Virus record (IMG/VR): IMGVR_UViG_3300021256_000055 | Coordinates: 71,124-135,123 of that record | Direction: 5' to 3' (one strand) | DNA from: a virus | Taxonomy: Duplodnaviria; Heunggongvirae; Uroviricota; Caudoviricetes | Length of the DNA stretch: 64,000 bases | Shown: in pieces, positions 9,428 to 17,090 of the stretch | Layout: every line of letters starts with the position of its first letter | How positions within the stretch are numbered: the stretch's first letter is position 1 | Position numbers and translations under genes: made by a program | The notes under the pieces: generated by a model | What the model was told of the DNA's origin: nothing | What the model saw: only the letters and a program-made list of their open reading frames with translations | Database searches by the model: none

Positions 9428-10009
9428 TTATTTATTCCCAATCTGCTGCTTTAGTTTAGCGATAGTTTCTCTTATTGGCCGAATATCTTTATATTCAATA
9501 TTTTCAATTTTCTTTTCTAATTTATTGATTTTAGACTCTAAATCTTCTTTTGTATCAGAAATACTATCCTCTAATTGGCTAACGTCTTCATCAGTACGCT
9601 CACTTAATTTTTCTATTTCTCTAGCCACTAATTCAGTCATATTATCTTTAAGAACTTCCAATAAATGGGTAGTAACATCCCACCTAAAAGCATTTAAATC
9701 TAATTTAACGCCATCTGTAGCTTTAGCATTATTCTCAATTTGATTCATAAGATCAGCTACTTTTTCTTTAAGTATTTCTTTTAATGATTTTTCTGCAGAT
9801 TCAATTTCTTCTTCAAGCTCTACTTTATTTTTATGAATTTTTTCATATTGTACTTTATCGGAATCAATACTTTTTTGCTTATTTTCTTCAACTTCTTTTT
9901 CTAATGTCTCAAATCTTTGAAGTAATTTTCCACTTTTAACAAAAACCAAAATAATAGCTGCTAATGTACCAGCTACAGAACCTATTGCTGCCCAAGTTTC
10001 CCAATTCAT
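9428..10009 (-). CDS. N-terminal TM plus coiled-coil protein (possible holin/lysis accessory)
   Basis: One N-terminal hydrophobic helix then heptad-rich charged sequence; GGAG RBS. Confidence 0.55.
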   Translation of the reverse strand: MNWETWAAIGSVAGTLAAIILVFVKSGKLLQRFETLEKEVEENKQKSIDSDKVQYEKIHKNKVELEEEIESAEKSLKEILKEKVADLMNQIENNAKATDGVKLDLNAFRWDVTTHLLEVLKDNMTELVAREIEKLSERTDEDVSQLEDSISDTKEDLESKINKLEKKIENIEYKDIRPIRETIAKLKQQIGNK

Positions 10010-10192
10010 AATTTTTTAATTTCTCCGGAATTAATTAGGCTATAAAATACTTAAAGTTTAAAAACCATATATTAATAGCCGCTATCGCAAGGCTCAAATA
10101 TCCTTTCTTTCATTCATTAATTAATATAACTTCATTTTATGAAAATTCACATTAATTTACTAATTTTTTAAAATAAATATGGAGAAAATCAT

Positions 10193-10480
10193 ATGACAGA
10201 TTATGAAAAATCAGTATCTGACTCATTAGCTACTATGGCAAAGTCTTTTGATAGAATTGCTAATAGCTTATGTACTTATTTAGATGAAAATTTAAGGGTA
10301 TTACAAGAACGCAAAAAATTAGCAGAGGCTGAAACAGAAAAAAAGATTAAAGAAATCAATCAAATGAATAATACGAATGATACAGATGTTCAGCTTAAAG
10401 AACAAGCTCTTAGAGAGCGAGAGATTAGTGTTCGAGAACGTGAATTAAATATACGTGAAGCGGAGCTAGATGCAGAATAA
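10193..10480 (+). CDS. Hypothetical coiled-coil protein
   Basis: GGAG RBS, ACTAATT upstream, charged helical sequence. Confidence 0.7.
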   Translation: MTDYEKSVSDSLATMAKSFDRIANSLCTYLDENLRVLQERKKLAEAETEKKIKEINQMNNTNDTDVQLKEQALREREISVRERELNIREAELDAE

Positions 10481-10485
10481 AAATA

Positions 10486-10506
10486 AGCCACACAAATTGT
10501 GTGGCT
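10486..10506. terminator. Bidirectional intrinsic terminator
   Basis: agccacaca-aat-tgtgtggct between convergent genes, A/T tracts on both sides. Confidence 0.8.
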
Positions 10507-10514
10507 TTAATTTT

Positions 10515-11813
10515 TTAAAATCCTTTATTTGTACCAATATATTCTGGTGTCCATTCTTTTACATTTTTAAGTAAATATTTTTCATCATACTCTAATGGAA
10601 GTCCCTTTAATTTATTATACTCATTCCAATAAACTTTTGACCATTTACACTGCATTTTTGTTATTTCACATATATGCGTTGTTCTAACAAAATCGCCATA
10701 TTCCGCAAAACATCCACCAATACAATATGCGCAGGCTGAAGAAAACTCACAAGTTTTACATCTTTCCTCTTTAGAACAAGTATTATAGCAGCCCCCATGT
10801 CGTACTTTAATAAATGCCTCTTTATTATAAAGACCTCGGTCTACATCGCCAACTACCATTAAGTCACGAGTTTTATTAGTTTGTGTATGTGGTGCCCATC
10901 TAAAACATGGATAAATTTTTCCATTTATTCCTAAACATGGCATAGAACCAGACCCACATTTTGAAAGTCCATCTTCAGGTATCCTATGGTCAGCAAAAAA
11001 TGTTTTATCTAGCATTGACCAGAAAAGTTCATCATTATGCTCTAAAACATATTGAACACATAATTTTAATTGCTCATCTAGTAAAATATAATCTTCATTT
11101 GAAAGATGCATATCTTCCATAATAAAATTTTGATTAATATATCTAATTCCTAATGTTTCATGCATAAACTCTAAAGATTTTCTTAAAAATGGAATTGAGT
11201 CTTTTGCACAAGTCGCTTTAGTGATTAAGCACTCAGTAGGAAATGTTTCTTGATACCACTTCCAATTTTTTAAGATTGTATCCATTGTACCAATTTCTTC
11301 ACCATTAGGTCCACGTTGCTTAAAAATTCTATTTTTATCATGAATCTCAGGACATCCATCAATAGATACTCCTAGAGACAGATTATCTTTCCATCGTTCA
11401 CAAAACTGTTTAACATCTTCATTGCCGAATAATGTTCCATTAGATGATATATTACATCTCCAATTTTTTCGCCAACGTTTACAATATTCTGTATTTGATT
11501 TATTTACTTTATAAAGAAAATATTCAATAATAGATTCTACAGTAGATACATTCATTAAAGAATCTCCACCGATAAAATCTAAAATAATACCTTGACTTAT
11601 AATATTATCAAGATTGTCATCATTAGTATCCTTAGTAAATCCTAAGGGATCTTCATCATCAGTAATTAAATCTATAAATTTATAAGCTGTATCTAAGCTT
11701 AAATCTTTTTTTCTTTTATTTATTTCATAACAATATTTACAAGCTAAATTACAATCTTCTGTTGTATTAAAAGTTATAGTTAAGCCTGTAAACTCTGTTC
11801 CTTTTGTTATCAC
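10515..11813 (-). CDS. Radical SAM/SPASM peptide maturase, CXXX-repeat target family (TIGR04115-like)
   Basis: CNLACKYC (CxxxCxxC), DFIGGD, SSNG, SIDG..HDKNR, SPASM CGSG...YPC...CKTC..SACAYCIGGC...HIC; AGGAG RBS and GTG start. Confidence 0.93.
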   Translation of the reverse strand: MITKGTEFTGLTITFNTTEDCNLACKYCYEINKRKKDLSLDTAYKFIDLITDDEDPLGFTKDTNDDNLDNIISQGIILDFIGGDSLMNVSTVESIIEYFLYKVNKSNTEYCKRWRKNWRCNISSNGTLFGNEDVKQFCERWKDNLSLGVSIDGCPEIHDKNRIFKQRGPNGEEIGTMDTILKNWKWYQETFPTECLITKATCAKDSIPFLRKSLEFMHETLGIRYINQNFIMEDMHLSNEDYILLDEQLKLCVQYVLEHNDELFWSMLDKTFFADHRIPEDGLSKCGSGSMPCLGINGKIYPCFRWAPHTQTNKTRDLMVVGDVDRGLYNKEAFIKVRHGGCYNTCSKEERCKTCEFSSACAYCIGGCFAEYGDFVRTTHICEITKMQCKWSKVYWNEYNKLKGLPLEYDEKYLLKNVKEWTPEYIGTNKGF

Positions 11814-11822
11814 ACAATACTC

Positions 11823-12179
11823 CTATGGATGAAAATATAATGTTTTGTTAAAAATAACAGCTTGTGATATATCTAATTTATGTCCAAGTTTTCTTTCTAT
11901 TTCTTCTATTTCACTAGGAGATAGATGACTAAGGATATTATTAAATATTTCCTTATTTAGAAACTCAAACTCACATTTTTCAGCTAATAATTTGTTAAAG
12001 TAATTATAAATTTCATTTTTCTTAAAAAAAGAAAAGTTTATCTTACTCGCATCCATTGCGCTTTTATTACAATGATTCATGTTAAAAAATGCGTCATACT
12101 TATCTGAAAAATTATTTAATTTAAGAACAGGTATAAGAGTAGCCTTACAATCAGAACATACTATATTATCAAATGTCAT
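11823..12179 (-). CDS. CXXX-modification-system accessory protein B (118 aa, N-terminal CxxC)
   Basis: Real start ATG 12179 immediately after the target gene stop (the ORF-track extension to 12374 is an overlap artefact); resembles 13663-13977. Confidence 0.7.
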   Translation of the reverse strand: MTFDNIVCSDCKATLIPVLKLNNFSDKYDAFFNMNHCNKSAMDASKINFSFFKKNEIYNYFNKLLAEKCEFEFLNKEIFNNILSHLSPSEIEEIERKLGHKLDISQAVIFNKTLYFHP

Positions 12180-12180
12180 T

Positions 12181-13650
12181 TTATTTAAGCTTCCATTTAC
12201 TAAAAATTGCTTTAGATGAGCCATTAGCACAGCTATTACTACATGTATCCTGACAGGTATCTTTACATCCGTTAGCACAGTCATTCTTACAATTATTTCT
12301 ACAAGAGCCCGTACAAGAATCTCCACATCCTGATTTACAACCGTCTCCACAGCCACCTGCACAAGTACTGCCACATCCTACAGCACAGGCTTTAGAACAG
12401 CCACCATCACATTTAGCTCCACAACCAATTTTACAGCTTTCTGAACATCCTCCTGCACAAGCTTTTCCACAATCTTTAGCACAGTCTGTTCTACATCCTC
12501 CAGCGCAGGCACCACCACAGCCTTTTTTACAATCCGCACTACAACCTCCGGCACAAGCGCTACCACAGCCTACTTTACATGCTTCTGAACATCCACCCGC
12601 ACAACCGCCACCACAGCCTACTTCGCAACTTGCAAAGCATTTATTACTACAGCCGCTATAGCATCCGCCGCCACATCCAGTATAACAACCACCGCTACAA
12701 GTATTTCCACAGGATTCTTTTCCACAATTACTTCCAGAACAACCAGCATTACAACTACTTGCACAATCAGATGCACCCCATCCTGAACAGCACTTTGAGC
12801 TAAATACACAGTCGCCTTCTTGTCCAGAAGAACATGAGCTACCCGCGCATTTACCATCACAGTCTGATGAACAACCAACATTAGAACAAGCAGCGCCACA
12901 AGAACCAGTACATTTGCTACCACAAGCGCCTTTACACTGTGCGCCACAAGAGCCATGTTTACATGCGGCTGTACATCCATCTGCACAGCCATTTCCACAA
13001 TCTTTCTGGCAGGCTTTAGAACATCCACCGTCGCATTTAGCACCACAGCCTACTTTACAGGCCTCTGAGCATCCACCGGCGCAGCCGTTACCGCATCCTA
13101 CTTCACATGCTTTAGAACAACCACCATCGCATTTACTTCCACAACCTTTAGCACAATCTGCTCTACAGCCGCCGTCACATGAAGTTCCACAGCCTTTAGC
13201 GCAATCAGTGCTACATCCCCCCTTACAAGCAGCGCCACAGGATGATTTACAGCTACCTGAACATCCACTATCACAGTTGGTATTACCACAATTACCATTA
13301 CAGGTATTTCCACAATTTCCAGCACATCCCATACAGTGGTTTGTACAATTGGCTGCGCACCCGATTTTATCGTTTATATCTGAATCAACTTGATTTAGGT
13401 AATCTAAAAACCCACTATAAATTTGAGACCCCGCAAATACTGCATCTGGGTCTGAGTTCTTACCAAAATTATAAGGGTCAGTAGTATATCTTAAGCCATC
13501 AGCGGCTTCATCAAGAATATCTTTAACGTCAGTATCTGTATTAGACCCCGTAGAAAAAGTAGGAATATCTCCTGTATTATAAGCTGCTTTTTTAGCATTT
13601 ATAGACTTGATTATGGAATTAAGTTGGTTAGCAGTAATTTCAGAGGCCAT
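12181..13650 (-). CDS. Cys-rich CXXX-repeat protein, putative radical-SAM modification target
   Basis: 97-aa Cys-free N-terminus, then about 92 Cys mostly spaced CXXX; adjacent to rSAM. Confidence 0.92.
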   Translation of the reverse strand: MASEITANQLNSIIKSINAKKAAYNTGDIPTFSTGSNTDTDVKDILDEAADGLRYTTDPYNFGKNSDPDAVFAGSQIYSGFLDYLNQVDSDINDKIGCAANCTNHCMGCAGNCGNTCNGNCGNTNCDSGCSGSCKSSCGAACKGGCSTDCAKGCGTSCDGGCRADCAKGCGSKCDGGCSKACEVGCGNGCAGGCSEACKVGCGAKCDGGCSKACQKDCGNGCADGCTAACKHGSCGAQCKGACGSKCTGSCGAACSNVGCSSDCDGKCAGSSCSSGQEGDCVFSSKCCSGWGASDCASSCNAGCSGSNCGKESCGNTCSGGCYTGCGGGCYSGCSNKCFASCEVGCGGGCAGGCSEACKVGCGSACAGGCSADCKKGCGGACAGGCRTDCAKDCGKACAGGCSESCKIGCGAKCDGGCSKACAVGCGSTCAGGCGDGCKSGCGDSCTGSCRNNCKNDCANGCKDTCQDTCSNSCANGSSKAIFSKWKLK

Positions 13651-13662
13651 TTTAATTAAGTC

Positions 13663-13977
13663 CTATTCAGTTGGATGCCGCCAAATTTTACCGTCTAAGA
13701 TACGAATATCATCAGAAGGACTAATATGGTGGTTCTCAACTATTTTGTTAAAAGTTAAGTAATCAAGAACTTTGTTATTTGCTAGCTGATTATATACTGC
13801 ATGAAAATATTCCGAAACTTGTTCAGAATTTTTAAATGCTTTTGCATTCCCAAATAAGTTCTGAAGTTCTTCATTCAATATTGAATACTTTGTTTCAATA
13901 AAGCTAACATCTTTAATTTCGTCTTCAGTAAGCTCCGAAATTAGCTCAAGTTCTTTTCCACACTGATCACATGTCAT
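13663..13977 (-). CDS. CXXX-modification-system accessory protein A (104 aa, TIGR04116-like)
   Basis: AGGAGG RBS; CDQC then ISELTEDEIKD helix pattern recalled from TIGR04116-type proteins; gene context. Confidence 0.65.
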   Translation of the reverse strand: MTCDQCGKELELISELTEDEIKDVSFIETKYSILNEELQNLFGNAKAFKNSEQVSEYFHAVYNQLANNKVLDYLTFNKIVENHHISPSDDIRILDGKIWRHPTE

Positions 13978-13990
13978 GTGTATACCTCCT

Positions 13991-14009
13991 AATTAGTTTT
14001 TTAATTAGC
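13991..14009 (-). promoter_or_regulatory. Tandem RCTAATT candidate late-promoter motifs heading the rSAM cassette
   Basis: GCTAATT 14003-14009 and ACTAATT 13991-13997 just upstream of RBS and ATG 13977. Confidence 0.6.
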
Positions 14010-14049
14010 AAAATCTGAGGTTTTCTAAAATGTTCTTTTTCAAGGCTTA

Positions 14050-17000
14050 CTATGTTGTTATCCAGATAGCGCCATTAGTGGTTGGTGTTGTAGATGGGTC
14101 AATTTCTACTACTAAAGGCGCTTTAGGCCCTTGTGGTCCTTGTGGTCCCCGGTCTCCTTTATCCCCTTTTGCACCTTTCAAATAATCAAAAGTAAATGTT
14201 GTATTCGACCCTGATGTACTTGCTGTAACAGATGGAGTACCAACAGAGTTTATATTTTTACCAGCAGCAACACTAATAGATGGTACGATATATATACCAC
14301 GAGGTGTTGGTCGTGTATTAGCACTTGGTTCCACACTCTGGTCATTTATTGTATACTTTGATGACTTAACAGACCAGCTACAGATATATGTAGATTCTAA
14401 TAAATATTTTCCACCACCACGTAAATAAAATACTGGTACGCTACTATTTGTAAGCTGGGTATAACTAACTGGAGACTGGTTTGTACATCCAGTAACTGCT
14501 TGTGTCCAACTAAAATTATCAATAAACTTTATGCAAGTAGCAGGGGTAGATCCCCAACCACTTCTTTGCTCTTGAACCTCAAATTCAACTGAAAAACCTT
14601 GGCCATGAGTAGCCCAAGCCGGTTTTGTACCAGAATTAAGTTGGACAGTACATCTTAAATTTTGAACGCCATCACTACTTAGAGCAGTACCAACAACTGG
14701 GAACCAAGTATTACTATTTAGAGAAGATACATCTACCCAAGTTTTTGATATCCAAGGATCATTCATAGAATATGGCCCTGTCCAAGATCCACTATTATAG
14801 TGACATACCCATGTAGATGCAACATTTAATGCAGCAGTCATAGCGGATAGGTATAATGTACCAAATTTATAATTATCACCACCTATGCCACTACGATGTG
14901 GTATATAAAACCAAGTATACCAACAATTTCCAACAGGACCATTTGATAAGTTTACTGATCCATGTCGAGCTGGCGCATTAGTTTTACTAGTATTTGCTAT
15001 ACTTGCTAAGAAATCAGCAAGCTTAATTGCACTGTCACTGATGGTTACACCAAAACCATAATCATCTACAGCAGTTGATATTGCGGAATTTCTGTTAGAA
15101 ACTTCTGTATTTATATTGTCAGCAATTATACTATTTATTTCCTGATAATTACCAGCAGCGTTTCTAGTTTCAAGTTTTTCTATTTTAGTACTTGCAATCC
15201 AGCTTTCTGGGACACGCTGAATAGAATCTTTGATTTCATCAACACTAACAACGGTTCCTTGGTAGGAACCACTATAGCCTAACATAGTTCTTGAATATTC
15301 ACCAGGGTTACCATGTATATAATCTAATGTTATACCTGCATCATATCCGCTATTGGATAAGTAAACTTTAATACCTAGCCAGGTAACGCCATTATATACA
15401 AATGTAACTGGCTCTATACTAACTCCATGGGCTTCAACTTTATTAAGATTTATATAAGTTTTCCAACTATGAGAATATCCATGACCCGCAATAAATTCAA
15501 CTTGACCCACATTATGACCAGAAGACCTTACAAATGTTACTTTTCCACTTATATCCCAGTTATATGGACTATTAACTGCAGTAGAGCCTACCTCTAAGAC
15601 TTGCCCCAAAAATAAAACATAGGAAACACTTTCTGTTAACCGAGGCACAGTTAGAGTCTTAAAATATGAGTTTGCGGAAATATTATTACTAATAGAAGCA
15701 GACTTGCCTGAGATGCTATTTGTTGCAGAGATATCCTTAGTAGAAACTTTATTAGTTGCTGAAATACTGTCCGATGCAGAGAGAGTTTTAGTAGAAATAT
15801 CACCACTAACCGTTTCTTTGTTTACTGTTACTGAATCACCAATTAAAGAGCCATGAATAGGATTTGTTGCGGATAAATTATTAAATACGCCATTCTGTTT
15901 TAAGTCATCTAAGTCTGATTCTATACGCGCTTCAAATGCATCGAGTTCTTTTTCAGCACCATCTATAAAGCTATCTACTCTACTAGAAAGAGTAGCTTCT
16001 GTTTGAGAAACTCTATTTATTATAGATGTATCATTCTGTTTTCTTGCAGCTTCTTCTTTTTTAAGCTCATTTATAAATTGTGTGTAAAAAGTATTAACTA
16101 GATTTTGGGCTTCTGACGAAGTGATACCTGTAACAGTAACAACTTTACCTTCATCATTAAATCCCCAGTCCATCTGAGGATTTTCATCGCCATTAAGCGC
16201 ATAATTGAAAAGGCTATAGTTAATACTAATAGCAGGCTCTGGCTCATTTAGCTGCTTTTTAATTGTTACTCGAATATCATCGTCATATGATACAGCATAT
16301 GTATCATCAACCATATTATTATATTTTTCTACAGCATTAGTCATAACTGATGACATACGCTGCTTAAGTTTATCTATACTATCAGCTTTATTTTCATAAA
16401 GGTCTGTTTCAGGCGTAGATTTTTGTTGTAAAATTATGTCGTCTATAGTATCATTAGAAATATTTACTAATGACTGAATAGCTGAATCATTCGTTAAATT
16501 TTTTAGTGTTGTATTAAGATCCCCAACAAGCTTTGCCATTTCAGCCGTAACTTTTGGAGCATATACATTATCAAAGTAAGCATTTAAGCTACCATATTCA
16601 GAAAGAATTGAGGTATCATTTTCTATGTCTTCTTCCGCAACTCTATAGTATTTATCGCGTAAAGAATTAAGAACAATCTTATATACTTGAGTATCTTTAA
16701 TAGTATCAGGTACAATATCACTATGAATTGCATTATATTCTTCATTAAACTTTAAGTTAACATTATTAGCAATTTTAGTTTTACTGTCTTCAAGTATATT
16801 AATGCTATAATCAATGCTATTTCCTAATTTTCGTCCTCGTTCAAGACAATAAAGAGTATTATATAATTCTTCATAGTTAATAGAAGCAACAGCTGAACCA
16901 AATAGGTCTGTATAGTCTAACGCAACTTTATAGTCAGATGTACCCCAGTTAAAGGCAGGTTTATTGACATCAGACCAGCGTCTCGCATCATATGCTTTAA

Positions 17001-17082
17001 CTATAATAGGAGCGCCTGCTTCAGCGGCTTTCATAATATTTATTTGTTCTGGTATAGTTTTTTTAGATTTATCGTCAGCCAT
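14050..17082 (-). CDS. Tail fibre protein (coiled coil, knob-like domain, C-terminal collagen-like repeat)
   Basis: WYTWFYIPHRSG..GDNYKFGTL knob-type motif, GAKGDKGDRGPQGPQGP, AGGAG RBS before ATG 17082. Confidence 0.7.
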   Translation of the reverse strand: MADDKSKKTIPEQINIMKAAEAGAPIIVKAYDARRWSDVNKPAFNWGTSDYKVALDYTDLFGSAVASINYEELYNTLYCLERGRKLGNSIDYSINILEDSKTKIANNVNLKFNEEYNAIHSDIVPDTIKDTQVYKIVLNSLRDKYYRVAEEDIENDTSILSEYGSLNAYFDNVYAPKVTAEMAKLVGDLNTTLKNLTNDSAIQSLVNISNDTIDDIILQQKSTPETDLYENKADSIDKLKQRMSSVMTNAVEKYNNMVDDTYAVSYDDDIRVTIKKQLNEPEPAISINYSLFNYALNGDENPQMDWGFNDEGKVVTVTGITSSEAQNLVNTFYTQFINELKKEEAARKQNDTSIINRVSQTEATLSSRVDSFIDGAEKELDAFEARIESDLDDLKQNGVFNNLSATNPIHGSLIGDSVTVNKETVSGDISTKTLSASDSISATNKVSTKDISATNSISGKSASISNNISANSYFKTLTVPRLTESVSYVLFLGQVLEVGSTAVNSPYNWDISGKVTFVRSSGHNVGQVEFIAGHGYSHSWKTYINLNKVEAHGVSIEPVTFVYNGVTWLGIKVYLSNSGYDAGITLDYIHGNPGEYSRTMLGYSGSYQGTVVSVDEIKDSIQRVPESWIASTKIEKLETRNAAGNYQEINSIIADNINTEVSNRNSAISTAVDDYGFGVTISDSAIKLADFLASIANTSKTNAPARHGSVNLSNGPVGNCWYTWFYIPHRSGIGGDNYKFGTLYLSAMTAALNVASTWVCHYNSGSWTGPYSMNDPWISKTWVDVSSLNSNTWFPVVGTALSSDGVQNLRCTVQLNSGTKPAWATHGQGFSVEFEVQEQRSGWGSTPATCIKFIDNFSWTQAVTGCTNQSPVSYTQLTNSSVPVFYLRGGGKYLLESTYICSWSVKSSKYTINDQSVEPSANTRPTPRGIYIVPSISVAAGKNINSVGTPSVTASTSGSNTTFTFDYLKGAKGDKGDRGPQGPQGPKAPLVVEIDPSTTPTTNGAIWITT

Positions 17083-17090
17083 AAACTCTC

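Noticed and set aside
12180-12374. N-terminal extension of the 183-aa ORF in the track
   Set aside because: Overlaps the target gene's 3' end in another frame; the natural start is ATG 12179.
12378-13484. Several overlapping ORFs in other frames/strand of the Cys-rich gene (Val-rich; Pro/Gln/His-rich)
   Set aside because: Shadows of TGT/GGT-rich periodic codons; no RBS and fully nested in the real gene.
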